64,000 nucleotides of DNA from a virus (lineage: Duplodnaviria > Caudoviricetes): the IMG/VR virus record IMGVR_UViG_3300033802_000250. One strand, written 5' to 3'. The notes below the pieces were generated by a model. It was given only the letters and a program-made list of their open reading frames with translations. It had not been told where the DNA came from and did no database searches. The position numbers and the translations under genes were made by a program. Positions 20,904-30,135 of this stretch are shown piece by piece (positions within the stretch are counted from its first letter, which is position 1; every line of letters starts with the position of its first letter).

Positions 20904-21201
20904 AAGCAATAGCTTCTGGCGCGACGGTTTTTCCATCGACGAAACGCGCGTCAGCGCAATGATTATTCTGCTGTACTTCTTCTCGGCGATTGCCGCGTAC
21001 AAGTACGTAGATGCGGGTGACTTCTCCACGAACATGCTTCAGCTTTTAATTGCGCTCATCACCGCCATCGCGGGCGCAAACATTGCTGAAAGCTTCGCGA
21101 GCCGGATGAACGACCGGCTCCCGTATCGCGGAGAACCTTACAGTCCGACAACTATCGAGCGTTCTTTGGACGAAGACGACAGAGGACGACCGACCATCTA
21201 A
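20887..21201 (+). CDS. Two-TM membrane protein (holin-like)
   Basis: Basic N-terminus, two TM segments, charged tail. Confidence 0.5.
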   Translation: MKKKNKSNSFWRDGFSIDETRVSAMIILLYFFSAIAAYKYVDAGDFSTNMLQLLIALITAIAGANIAESFASRMNDRLPYRGEPYSPTTIERSLDEDDRGRPTI

Positions 21202-21206
21202 ACAAC

Positions 21207-21244
21207 GACAGCCTTCGGCGACGAGGGCTGTCAATTATTTTATT
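21207..21244 (+). terminator. Intrinsic terminator ending the structural operon
   Basis: GACAGCCTTCG-GCGA-CGAGGGCTGTC: 11-bp stem, GNRA loop, then an AT/T-rich tail. Confidence 0.85.
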
Positions 21245-21254
21245 GATAATTGTA

Positions 21255-21293
21255 ACATACTCGATTGCCGAAAGGGTTACAATAGAGTATAAT
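21255..21293 (+). promoter_or_regulatory. SigA promoter overlapping a SigF-like promoter
   Basis: TTGCCG-N17-TATAAT (21265-21293) and ACATA-N15-GGTTACAATA (21255-21284). Confidence 0.65.
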
Positions 21294-21321
21294 TAGACAT
21301 ATATAGCAAAGGAGGCCGTCT

Positions 21322-22068
21322 ATGAACCAGTTGCCTATGAATTTCGGCACGTTGATGGATGTGTTCAACGTCGAAGTGCCGAGCAACCTCCGCAAACTCG
21401 TGGATGAGCCCATCAACGAGGATTTGATGAAAAAGAACAAATACGCCAACAACTCCGAATACGTGCCGGAGTCGGTGTACAAGAAGATTCTGAACAAAAT
21501 CTCCGGGTACAAATGGTCGTTCCTCCCGCTCTCGTATAACGAGAAGGGAGATGGCAAGGGCTCTTACGTCGAGTTCATTGGCCTGCTGATCGTGCCCGGC
21601 TACGGCGTACATACCGGCATCGGCAGTTGTCCACTCAACAAGGGTAACAATCAGAACGCGCTGGCGGCGGCCAAAACCTACGCGCTGAAGAATGCGTGCA
21701 AGGAAATGGGACTTGCGCCGAACGTCGGCGATGACGATTGGGATCAGCCGATCTTCGAGACCGAAGTGGAGGAGGTCATCGAGGAGAAGCGCAAGGAAGT
21801 AGAGAAGAACAAGAAGAAAAAGAAGAAGGACAAAGGAAAGGATAAGGCCAAGTCTGACGAATCTGAGTCTGATTATCTGCCCAAGGATCTTCGGAATCAG
21901 ATCAAAGAACTGAGGGCCGCCTATGAACTGGAGTCCGACGATGACCTTGTCGCCTTCCTGCAAATCTGGAACGAGGAAATCCTTGACCCGGATGAGATGG
22001 ATGAGGCGCAATGGCGGAAGTTCTTCAAATACTTCGAGAAAAACAAAGAGGAATTTGAGGACTTCTGA
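21322..22068 (+). CDS. Rad52/Sak-like single-strand annealing protein
   Basis: YVPESVYKKILNKISGYKWSF...GIG...AAKTYALKNACKEMGL follows the Rad52/Rad22 pattern. Lys-rich linker. Confidence 0.7.
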   Translation: MNQLPMNFGTLMDVFNVEVPSNLRKLVDEPINEDLMKKNKYANNSEYVPESVYKKILNKISGYKWSFLPLSYNEKGDGKGSYVEFIGLLIVPGYGVHTGIGSCPLNKGNNQNALAAAKTYALKNACKEMGLAPNVGDDDWDQPIFETEVEEVIEEKRKEVEKNKKKKKKDKGKDKAKSDESESDYLPKDLRNQIKELRAAYELESDDDLVAFLQIWNEEILDPDEMDEAQWRKFFKYFEKNKEEFEDF

Positions 22069-22073
22069 CGAAT
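22047..22073 (+). promoter_or_regulatory. SigH-like promoter ahead of the replication operon
   Basis: AGAGGAATT-N11-GACGAAT matches the B. subtilis SigH consensus RnAGGAwWW-N11/12-RnnGAAT. Confidence 0.5.
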
Positions 22074-22088
22074 ACGACAATACTGTAG

Positions 22089-22116
22089 CGGGTGGGGATA
22101 TCAAAATCCTCACCCG
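22089..22116 (+). other. Intergenic hairpin (5' stabiliser or weak terminator)
   Basis: CGGGTGGGGAT-N6-ATCCTCACCCG with no long U tract. Confidence 0.6.
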
Positions 22117-22141
22117 ATACTTGTAGGAGTTGGGAAGAATA

Positions 22142-22819
22142 ATGACATCCGTTTTCGACCTCGTGTATGATTATATGGACAGATTCTTCCCGGGCGAAAA
22201 ACTGAATAAGAAGGAAAAGCAAACCATCCATAACGAGATCAAGAAGGTTCTCCGGTATGGATGGTGTTCCGTTGATATCACCCGACGCTTCCGCGACATC
22301 AAACGGAAACATCCTGACCTGAAAACACTCAAGGTGTCCCGTCTGTTTTCAGGCCGCAAACCGCCGCAGAAGAATCTGCTCGACCCGGATGTCTTCTACT
22401 ATCACAACGTCCTGCGCATCACCTGCAAGCCGCCGCGCAGGGAGATTGATATAGACTCCGGCGAAATCATCAACATCAGCGAGCCTTATTTCTTGGAGAT
22501 GCGGGCCTGCTTTACGATGGACGACTTGATCGACTACTATTGCAAGCAATTTCGGATCAAGCTTCACAAGCAGGAACGCGCCCGATATGCAGGTGCATTT
22601 CAATGGCTTCTCAAGATGATCGACATCGAAATCATCCTGTTCATGATTGACGTGGCCGCCAACACCTGCTTATCCGAGGACAAGCCTGCTCCATCAACAC
22701 CTATGGATATCCGCAAATATGTCCGGGAAGCGATGGAGATCCGCGACCTCAAGGAAACGGAGGCCGTCCTGTCTGGAGGGAACAAAGTTGTCCGAAAGAA
22801 AAGAACTCGATCAGGTTGA
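22142..22819 (+). CDS. Hypothetical protein, first gene of the primase/helicase operon
   Basis: Long ORF overlapping the primase start. Function not recognised. Confidence 0.7.
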   Translation: MTSVFDLVYDYMDRFFPGEKLNKKEKQTIHNEIKKVLRYGWCSVDITRRFRDIKRKHPDLKTLKVSRLFSGRKPPQKNLLDPDVFYYHNVLRITCKPPRREIDIDSGEIINISEPYFLEMRACFTMDDLIDYYCKQFRIKLHKQERARYAGAFQWLLKMIDIEIILFMIDVAANTCLSEDKPAPSTPMDIRKYVREAMEIRDLKETEAVLSGGNKVVRKKRTRSG

Positions 22820-23825
22820 AGTCGGTGTGCGGTTTTCGTCCGGGGCGTTCACTCGCAACATCTTCATGCATGTCAGCGAGATTCCCAAAATACGCAAAAA
22901 GCACAAGAACACCGGCGTCTACGTATCGGCCTACCGGTACGAAAATGCAGAGGACAAAACCAACAGCTTGCTGATTGGGGATCTGTATATCGACCTCGAT
23001 ATTGACGATCTGAAAGACCCAAGCGTTGCTCATATGGCATTCGAGAAGATTCGTGACGATGCCATTAAGGTCGTCAGCTTCTTCGCCGCAATCTTCCACA
23101 TTGACGAATCCATGATCCATATTTACTACAGTGGCCAGAAAGGGATTCACATCATTGTTCCGTACCAGATCCTCGGCATCACGCCGATGAAGGAACTAAA
23201 CCACATCTTCCATCTGGTCGCCAACGAAGCGCATCGCATGACGCGGTACAAAACGGTTGACCTTCGTATCTACGACAACGCACGGCTGTTTTCCCTGCCG
23301 GGCGGAATCCACCCGGAAACGGGTCGATACAAGATTCCATTGACCTTCGACGAGCTTCGCACTCTCACATTTGACAAGGTCAAAAAGTTAGCACAGAAAC
23401 CACGTCACATCGAATACACCGAGCCTCGATACAACACCAAGGCGAATCGAGTGTTTCGTTCGTACATAGAATCTTGGGAGAAGGAGAAGGAGGAAAAGGC
23501 GAAGCGTGAAAATCAGCGCGGCGACCGCAAACTGAATTTCTGCCCGCCTTGTATCGAATCAATCCTCAACCGCCAGTGTATGCCGGGCTCACGCAACAAT
23601 ACGGCGGCGGCCCTTACCAGCTACTTCCGACAGCGCGGCTACAGCAAAAAGAAAAGCTGGAACAAGCTTCAGGAATGGAATAACAAGTATGCTGGCCTAC
23701 CCAAGCGGGAACTTGAACGAACATTCGAGAGCATCTTCAATCGAGACTACGTTTACGGATGCTCAACGCTGGAGCAACTCGGAACATGCTTGAAGAACGA
23801 ATGTAAGATCGGCAGGAACCGTTAG
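22788..23825 (+). CDS. Archaeo-eukaryotic primase (AEP) with C-terminal PriCT/PriL-like Cys domain
   Basis: AEP motifs LYIDLD and YYSGQKGIH; C-terminal PPCI...RNN...YGC...C...C. TTG start after GGAGGG. Confidence 0.8.
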   Translation: MSERKELDQVEVGVRFSSGAFTRNIFMHVSEIPKIRKKHKNTGVYVSAYRYENAEDKTNSLLIGDLYIDLDIDDLKDPSVAHMAFEKIRDDAIKVVSFFAAIFHIDESMIHIYYSGQKGIHIIVPYQILGITPMKELNHIFHLVANEAHRMTRYKTVDLRIYDNARLFSLPGGIHPETGRYKIPLTFDELRTLTFDKVKKLAQKPRHIEYTEPRYNTKANRVFRSYIESWEKEKEEKAKRENQRGDRKLNFCPPCIESILNRQCMPGSRNNTAAALTSYFRQRGYSKKKSWNKLQEWNNKYAGLPKRELERTFESIFNRDYVYGCSTLEQLGTCLKNECKIGRNR

Positions 23826-23835
23826 GGGGCATACC

Positions 23836-24945
23836 ATGCAGGAAAGGGTTTGGAAAGATGATTTTGAATACTACGCTCAGCCACATTGGGAGGAAGCTTA
23901 TTGGCGAGCTGTTGATCCCAGTGTGCTTCCAAAGTCTAAAAAGATCCACAAAGACGCAGACATCCAAGACGCCCCGGCCCATCTCCGGGAATACGAGCGG
24001 GAGATGTGGGACACCCTCAACCAGTTTGAGGAGAAATCATGGAGCCCGGATAATCAGGGATTCACGACAGGTTTCGTCGGCATTGATCGAGCGCTCAACG
24101 GCTTGCAGAAGGGCTTCCATATCATCGCTGGTGACTCGAACATCGGCAAGACTTCATTCATAAGCCAGATGTCGTGGAACGTTGCAACAATGAACCGCAA
24201 CGTCTATGTCATCGACTTCAGTCTTGATGATCCAATTGACGAGAAGCTATCGCGGATGATTGCATCCGGCATGAAAGTGCTGATCAACGCCGTCAAGAGC
24301 CCGCGCCAGTACAAGAAGTTTCCGAAGATGCTGGAGCGCCGCAAACGCGGCCTTCAAAAGCTTCGTGACATGGTCAATTGTTACAAGGCGTACGACCAGA
24401 ACCATTCGACTGACGTGGAGGACATCAAGGAAACCATTCAGCGCCACATGATCGCGCTCAAGGAAGCGGGAGAGGATCGGAAAGTCATCGTCTTCATTGA
24501 CAACTTCCATGACCTTACCACGAAGGCGAAGGAAGCGCAGGGCGGCGACAAGCAGAAGTACGACTATTTGGCACAGTTCGTGTCGGATATGGCGAACCAG
24601 TTTGAGATCCCCATTGTCTGTACCGCCGAGTTCAAGAAGTTGAACGGGTTCCGTAGACCGGGCATTGATGACATTCGTGAGACTGTTAAAATTAAGTATG
24701 AAGCGAAGTCCATCATGCTCTGCTACAACGAAGTATCGTTGAAGGGCGAAGCGGCATCCGTCTACTTCGAGAAGGCGGGCGAAGATGCAAAACAACCGGT
24801 CTACGAGGTTAAGTTCGCCAAGAACAAATACACCAAATTCAAAGGCCGTGTCTTCTTTGAAGGGTATCCCGAGATGGCGTATTTCGTTGAAGCCGACGAG
24901 GAATCAACGAAACGATACAACCACGCAATCTATTCCAATGAGTAA
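23836..24945 (+). CDS. DnaB-like (SF4) replicative helicase
   Basis: GFTTGFVGID, Walker A GDSNIGKT, Walker B VFIDNFH, AKNK arginine-finger-region equivalent. Confidence 0.85.
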   Translation: MQERVWKDDFEYYAQPHWEEAYWRAVDPSVLPKSKKIHKDADIQDAPAHLREYEREMWDTLNQFEEKSWSPDNQGFTTGFVGIDRALNGLQKGFHIIAGDSNIGKTSFISQMSWNVATMNRNVYVIDFSLDDPIDEKLSRMIASGMKVLINAVKSPRQYKKFPKMLERRKRGLQKLRDMVNCYKAYDQNHSTDVEDIKETIQRHMIALKEAGEDRKVIVFIDNFHDLTTKAKEAQGGDKQKYDYLAQFVSDMANQFEIPIVCTAEFKKLNGFRRPGIDDIRETVKIKYEAKSIMLCYNEVSLKGEAASVYFEKAGEDAKQPVYEVKFAKNKYTKFKGRVFFEGYPEMAYFVEADEESTKRYNHAIYSNE

Positions 24946-24958
24946 GGAGTGGCGATGG

Positions 24959-25219
24959 ATGTGGAAAACAATCAAAAGCTACCTGCTGTCCTTCACTATT
25001 CTGACGTTGTTGTGTGCAATGGTCACACACTTCATCAGCGATCTGATTCTTGAAATCTGGGAAAGCTTCGGCACCGTACCGGATGTCGCCGAAACATGGA
25101 TTACCTATGGTGTTATGATATGCATTATCTTCGGCGTTTTATTCTCAGATTTCAGCCTTTTCATCAGCATCAACAGCAAGACCTTTCGATACCAGCATTG
25201 GAGGAGAACTTGGAAATGA
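24959..25219 (+). CDS. Small two-TM membrane protein
   Basis: TAAGGAG RBS and two hydrophobic segments. Confidence 0.6.
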   Translation: MWKTIKSYLLSFTILTLLCAMVTHFISDLILEIWESFGTVPDVAETWITYGVMICIIFGVLFSDFSLFISINSKTFRYQHWRRTWK

Positions 25220-25566
25220 AACTTCGCAATCTCGGTCAAGTGAGAATAACGGATGAGGCGCTGGCTCGCCTGCTTGGTATCCCGGAGGATTGCAAGCCGA
25301 TGGTGATGTCGGTGGATAGCAGACGACGCACCCTCACGCTGATGTTTGAGTCGAAAAAGCCGATCCCCGGCCTGACGTTACCTGTCGTCGAAGCGCAAGA
25401 ACCGCCGAGCTACGCTCTGCCAGCGGAAATCCCGGATGAAGGGCCGATCCCTCTGGCGTATCTGAAGATCTATCACGAAGTACGCCAACGGCTTACCAAA
25501 GAGGAGCCCGTCGATCCTGTCATTTATGACATTGACGAGGATAACAAGGAGGACACATTATGCTGA
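25216..25566 (+). CDS. Hypothetical protein
   Basis: GAGGAG RBS, ATGA overlap with the previous gene. Confidence 0.65.
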   Translation: MKLRNLGQVRITDEALARLLGIPEDCKPMVMSVDSRRRTLTLMFESKKPIPGLTLPVVEAQEPPSYALPAEIPDEGPIPLAYLKIYHEVRQRLTKEEPVDPVIYDIDEDNKEDTLC

Positions 25567-25730
25567 ATTGGCCTACAGCGATTGCGTTGATTATCTCGTT
25601 GGGGATGATTTACGGAATGGTCTCCGATTGGATCGACCGTAAGCGGCCACGTCCCACGCATTGCGTTCGGTGCCTTCGCGAACTCGGCGAAGACGTGATT
25701 CAGAAGCATCAAGAAAGAGTGGAGGACTGA
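25560..25730 (+). CDS. Small TM protein with CxxC (56 aa, not in the ORF track)
   Basis: AAGGAGG RBS; MLNWPTAIALIISLGMIYGMVSDWIDRKRPRPTHCVRCLRELGEDVIQKHQERVED*. Confidence 0.7.
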   Translation: MLNWPTAIALIISLGMIYGMVSDWIDRKRPRPTHCVRCLRELGEDVIQKHQERVED

Positions 25731-25734
25731 AGCC

Positions 25735-26007
25735 ATGAGTAAAGCAATGTACATCAACAAAGAACTGAGCAACGGATGTTCGATGTATGAGCCATGTCCG
25801 ATCTGCTTCAAGTGCATGGTGAAGGCATCCCACCTGTACGTACGTTGTCAGAATTGCCCGGTCGAGTTCTGCGGGCACGACCACAAGAAACGTGCTTGGG
25901 CAATCCGCAGAGAAAACTTTGCGGTTACTGTAACACCGGAGACCGGCGAGAAAATTCGTCGCCTTGCCAACAAGGTTCTCCGTGGAAGCGAGGATGCTGA
26001 TAATTGA
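25735..26007 (+). CDS. Cys-rich small protein (probable zinc binding)
   Basis: CPICFKC, CQNC and CGHDH motifs. GGAGG RBS. Confidence 0.65.
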   Translation: MSKAMYINKELSNGCSMYEPCPICFKCMVKASHLYVRCQNCPVEFCGHDHKKRAWAIRRENFAVTVTPETGEKIRRLANKVLRGSEDADN

Positions 26008-26261
26008 TGGATCGCCGTACTTATTCCTATCCCATCGAGCGACGGCTTCCGTTCGAGCGCAGGCGTATTGAAGAAGTCCGGGAGTTCGTGGAGCAGGGAA
26101 TCAACCCGCTCCACATTACGATTTGTAGCTCAAACGGAGCATACAACATTACCAACCGCGATGTTGCGAATTACTTCGAGCAGTACCGAGTGCCGTTTGA
26201 CGCTTCGGTATCCTGCTTCCAATTGATAGGTGAGGGAAATGCCAAGAGACTACGGATATGA
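26004..26261 (+). CDS. Hypothetical protein
   Basis: ORF tiles with its neighbours. Confidence 0.55.
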   Translation: MMDRRTYSYPIERRLPFERRRIEEVREFVEQGINPLHITICSSNGAYNITNRDVANYFEQYRVPFDASVSCFQLIGEGNAKRLRI

Positions 26262-26613
26262 CGACACTCGCGCAAGCCGCGAACCGATGAGACGCAAAAG
26301 GCCGCGCAATGAGTACGGATTGCCCGCGCAAGACCGTCATAAACAACCTCAGCGTGAACGGAGAACGTGGACGAACTACGACGAATACATCGCCGCACAG
26401 CGCCGGTTCTTTGAGGAAATGAAGGCGAAGCCCGCAAACTACTGTACGCTGTGCGGATATCCGATGGACTACAATGGACACAAACCGACGGAGTGGGAAT
26501 TAACATGGAGTACGCACGAACCTTGCAGGGACTCTGCGTTCCGTATGCTTGACCGCGAGTCGGGGATTGCAAGGGAGCGGAGACAATTTGCGAATCGGGA
26601 TCGACATAGATGA
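26239..26613 (+). CDS. Hypothetical zinc-finger protein
   Basis: CTLCG...HEPC motif. AGGTGAGG RBS. Confidence 0.6.
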   Translation: MPRDYGYDDTRASREPMRRKRPRNEYGLPAQDRHKQPQRERRTWTNYDEYIAAQRRFFEEMKAKPANYCTLCGYPMDYNGHKPTEWELTWSTHEPCRDSAFRMLDRESGIARERRQFANRDRHR

Positions 26614-27169
26614 CACGCTGAATGAGTTCAGTGAAGCGATTGCGGAAGCGTATTTTGACGAAACCGGCATCAATTGCTTGGAGGATCTCCGCAGGTACTT
26701 TTTCATGGATCGTGTCTGCGGTATGACCAGCGAAGATGTCATCCGGTTCTTTGAGCGCAATCATAAGCGGTTGTATGAGCAGACGCGGCTGAAACCTTAC
26801 TTGCCGCAAATGCTTAACGGCCTCCGCCGCCGCCATATGGCGCTGGATATCATTACGAATCGGATGGACGATAATCGCGAGGTTACGCTGAAGTGGCTTC
26901 ATGACAACAACGTTTTGCCTTATATCGACCGGGTGTACTTCACATCGGGATGCAAGTACGAGTTTTGTGAAACCAACGGTATCAAGATCGACCTCATGAT
27001 CGAAGATCGCCTTGATCGCGCCAAACCGTTTCTGGAACACAAGATTCCAGTCATCCTGTTCGATTACGAACATAACCGGGAATACGAACACCGGCTGTTG
27101 CACCGGGTAACAAACTGGTGGGAGGTATTCCAGATTGCGGCTCGGCTTCAAACCTTGTCTGGAGGGTGA
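26588..27169 (+). CDS. HAD-family 5'(3')-deoxyribonucleotidase (NT5C-like)
   Basis: Motif I IGIDIDDTL, motif II IITNR, motif IV MIEDR, and a HN near the C-terminus. Confidence 0.85.
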   Translation: MRIGIDIDDTLNEFSEAIAEAYFDETGINCLEDLRRYFFMDRVCGMTSEDVIRFFERNHKRLYEQTRLKPYLPQMLNGLRRRHMALDIITNRMDDNREVTLKWLHDNNVLPYIDRVYFTSGCKYEFCETNGIKIDLMIEDRLDRAKPFLEHKIPVILFDYEHNREYEHRLLHRVTNWWEVFQIAARLQTLSGG

Positions 27170-27174
27170 CAACG

Positions 27175-27438
27175 ATGAAAAATCAGCACACCTTGCTCAT
27201 CATCACGAAGGAAGAACAGTCTGGCGGCCACACCTATTCGGTGCCCGGCCACCAAGTTAGCTTCGTCTCCGTGTCGTCGATCTTAAACGGCACGGTCAGG
27301 CCGGAGGATTACAAAGCTGATGCGGTGATGGTGCCCAAAGGACTCAAGAGCGAGAACTCCTTCAAGGTTCGCGTATGGGCCAAACAAACGATGTTACATA
27401 AACCTCACAGAAACCGCAGGATGGTTGTGTACGGATGA
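27175..27438 (+). CDS. Hypothetical protein
   Basis: GGAGGGTG RBS. Confidence 0.6.
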   Translation: MKNQHTLLIITKEEQSGGHTYSVPGHQVSFVSVSSILNGTVRPEDYKADAVMVPKGLKSENSFKVRVWAKQTMLHKPHRNRRMVVYG

Positions 27439-28232
27439 AGATCCATGTCGATGCGCTAATGGATTATCTGGCGTGCCCGCAATTGCACAAATACCGGTAC
27501 ATCCAGAATATCGACGCATCGCTGACTCACGCCGGGCGGGCCAATCGACACTCGATCATGGAGGCTTACGACAAGGCGTTACACAAGTCGGTTGCCTCTC
27601 TCTTTCATAAAGTACAGGATGGTTTTATCCCGGACATCCACTTGCTGAAACGCAAGTGGGGGTATCTGTGGGTCAAACCCCGGAGCGAGCAGGAAGACAT
27701 CCGGTTCAAAGAGACAAGCTGGCGCGATGTGCATGACGAAAAGCGCAAACAAGGATGGGATAAGCTACGCCAAGTGTTCGAGCATTATGATGAAGCCGGT
27801 TGGGGCACTCCGATCATGGTGGACTTCGATTATACCGTACGCATTGGCTCCCACATCCTTGAAGGCCGCATTGATCTAGTGCGTGTTGTACAAACCCCGG
27901 AGCGCCGAGAGTTCATTGAAATGACCGAGTTCCTCGTTGACGAGCGGTATGCTCCGTTCGTCCATCTCCGCCGCGACTGGCGGGTGACGGCGGCCAGCTA
28001 CGCCTTCAGGAAACTGATGAATGTCAAAGAGGAGAAAATAGTGTATCATGGAATTATCAGCGGTAAGTTGGTGGTAACAGAGCGGAGCGAGGAGGATTAC
28101 CGCCAGCTTGAACACCTGCTTGACCGCATTGAGAAGGCACACAAAGAGGACATCTTCTACCCGGAGTTCGGGGAGCGGTGTCTGACTTGTCCATATGAAA
28201 AACATTGCGAAAAGGGGTGGTATCAATGTTGA
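27435..28232 (+). CDS. PD-(D/E)XK nuclease-like protein (RecB/AddB/Cas4-type)
   Basis: N-terminal YLACP, GRIDLV, C-terminal CLTCPYEKHC (Fe-S ligand pattern). Confidence 0.8.
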   Translation: MKIHVDALMDYLACPQLHKYRYIQNIDASLTHAGRANRHSIMEAYDKALHKSVASLFHKVQDGFIPDIHLLKRKWGYLWVKPRSEQEDIRFKETSWRDVHDEKRKQGWDKLRQVFEHYDEAGWGTPIMVDFDYTVRIGSHILEGRIDLVRVVQTPERREFIEMTEFLVDERYAPFVHLRRDWRVTAASYAFRKLMNVKEEKIVYHGIISGKLVVTERSEEDYRQLEHLLDRIEKAHKEDIFYPEFGERCLTCPYEKHCEKGWYQC

Positions 28233-28369
28233 AGATCAAGAACGCGGACGGCGATGAACTCATGCGCCTGCATGACGATGGGACGGAGGAGTTCAAGGAC
28301 AAGAAGTTCGAGGAGCAGTACAAAGAAGCTGGCCGCAAGGTCAACGAGAAGAAAGACGGGGGTAAGTAA
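28226..28369 (+). CDS. Small charged protein (47 aa, not in the ORF track)
   Basis: AAGGGGTGG RBS; MLKIKNADGDELMRLHDDGTEEFKDKKFEEQYKEAGRKVNEKKDGGK*. Its stop overlaps the ruvC ATG. Confidence 0.7.
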   Translation: MLKIKNADGDELMRLHDDGTEEFKDKKFEEQYKEAGRKVNEKKDGGK

Positions 28370-28905
28370 TGCGGATTGCGGGTATTGACGCCGGACTCGA
28401 TTCTACCGGATTTGCAATATTGGACACGGCCATCAACGATTTCATCGTGATCGAACGCATCAAAACGACAAAGAAGAAGGCCACGCCGAGCAACCAGCAT
28501 CGGGCCCGATATATCGCCGGAGAGATCAGTCAACTTCTGATGTTCAACTCGGTCGATGTTGTCGTAATTGAGGATATCTTCATTAACCCGAAGCGTCCGT
28601 CGGCCATCATTCCGGTCGCCCGCCTGCGCGGCCATATCGAGCAGGCGGTTCTTGATTTGGAATATCCCGGATTGCATGTGCTTCGTTCAACACAAGTGAA
28701 GCAGGCTGTCGCCGGGAGGGGCAACAGCAAGAAGGAAGATTGCTTCCATGCAATCAAGGCGCTTTACCCGCATTCCAAATTGCTGAAAAAGGCACTCGGG
28801 CCGAAGTTCATCGGCGGCGGCAAGGACAAGAACGACGATATTTCTGATGCTTGTTGCGTCGCTCACGCCTACTTCGTGAATCCATCTGTAGCCGAGTTCC
28901 TCTAG
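28369..28905 (+). CDS. ruvC: RuvC-like Holliday junction resolvase
   Basis: IAGIDAGLDSTG, VVIED, QVKQAVAGRGNSKK, DDISDA. Confidence 0.9.
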   Translation: MRIAGIDAGLDSTGFAILDTAINDFIVIERIKTTKKKATPSNQHRARYIAGEISQLLMFNSVDVVVIEDIFINPKRPSAIIPVARLRGHIEQAVLDLEYPGLHVLRSTQVKQAVAGRGNSKKEDCFHAIKALYPHSKLLKKALGPKFIGGGKDKNDDISDACCVAHAYFVNPSVAEFL

Positions 28906-28929
28906 TTCGCTGAAAGAGGGTAGGCCGCG

Positions 28930-29820
28930 ATGAAAAAGCTACCATACGACGAAATCGAGGTGTTGGTCTACGCCTACCAGAAGGGAAATAAAGATGCCAT
29001 TGAAACTCTGCTGAGACACTACGAGCAATATTTCCTGAAGTTCCTTCAGGTACTCAAACCAATATACACTGTAACCGGCAGAGATGGCCGCAGGAGCATC
29101 CGACACTCGAAGTTCGACATTTACAACAGCATTCAGCGTCGCTTTGCGACAGCCTTTATGAAGACGCGAGAAGAACGCATGGGCGTCTACAATTACCGCC
29201 GCAACAGCGCGGCCCGTGTGAAGCTGTACAAAACGGTACAACACATTCGATATCTGTTTGCAGACCACGACGAAGCGGACTTGCTTCAATCCATGCGGCT
29301 GATCTTCATCGAAATGGCAGACCGCCATAAGGGCAAGAAGTTCTACAACTACATATCGACGACGTTTCCGAAGCAATTGCTCAGCCATTTGTCGCGTTCG
29401 CTGGATCGGTTCAAGCTTGTCCCGTTCGACGAGGAATGGCTGATTCTCAGATATGATTACTACCACGAGGATGAATACCGGCTCGATGCACCGCCGCTGA
29501 AATACTACGTCAACTCGAATGAGTACACGTTGTATGATGTCAATTGGATCAATGGCGATTGCGGAGAGATCTTCGCTGTTCTTACGCCGCACGAGCGCCG
29601 CATCCTCAAATGGTATTACGAGTACAAGACGTTTTTCGGCGATGATGTTTCTGCGGAGATCCGGGACGTTTACGAGGAACGCAAACGCCGATCAAAGCAT
29701 ACAGACAGTGACATTGCTGACATGCTTGGCTGTAGCCGCAAGACCATCAACGAGAAGCGTCGATACATCATCTCCGTGCTGGAAGACATCCTGCGGGAGA
29801 AACGACTCATTAAGGAGTGA
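28930..29820 (+). CDS. Phage-encoded sigma-70-family factor
   Basis: Start YQKGNKDAIETLLRHY is typical of region 1.2/2. Region 4 HTH: LTPHERRIL...TDSDIADMLGCSRKTI. Confidence 0.75.
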   Translation: MKKLPYDEIEVLVYAYQKGNKDAIETLLRHYEQYFLKFLQVLKPIYTVTGRDGRRSIRHSKFDIYNSIQRRFATAFMKTREERMGVYNYRRNSAARVKLYKTVQHIRYLFADHDEADLLQSMRLIFIEMADRHKGKKFYNYISTTFPKQLLSHLSRSLDRFKLVPFDEEWLILRYDYYHEDEYRLDAPPLKYYVNSNEYTLYDVNWINGDCGEIFAVLTPHERRILKWYYEYKTFFGDDVSAEIRDVYEERKRRSKHTDSDIADMLGCSRKTINEKRRYIISVLEDILREKRLIKE

Positions 29821-30134
29821 GTGCCATGTTGGCTCACAACAACGGGACGGGCGTTGTCGCCCAACCAGATACAGAGACCGCCATCTGTACATGGGTCTCC
29901 GACGGTTACAGCTTCCTGATCGGGTTCATGGGAACCGGAAGTTACTCCGGGGAGTTCATCCTTTACGTGGACGGCGATCCGTGGTACAGATACCAAACGT
30001 CGCCCGGCAACCGTACCGCCTACGTTGCCGACCGGGGTGTTCTGCTCCCCGCCGGTAGAGAAGTCATCCTGAAGGTGCGCCATTACGATTCCTCGGCCCA
30101 AACCTTCTACGGAACCATCCTCGGCGGACAGTGA
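29817..30134 (+). CDS. Small beta-rich protein (possible virion component)
   Basis: Compact beta-strand pattern. The start may be ATG 29826. Confidence 0.55.
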   Translation: MSAMLAHNNGTGVVAQPDTETAICTWVSDGYSFLIGFMGTGSYSGEFILYVDGDPWYRYQTSPGNRTAYVADRGVLLPAGREVILKVRHYDSSAQTFYGTILGGQ

Positions 30135-30135
30135 G

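Noticed and set aside
21780-21855. Purine-rich AAG repeat tract
   Set aside because: It encodes a Lys-rich linker of the SSAP and is not a separate repeat element.
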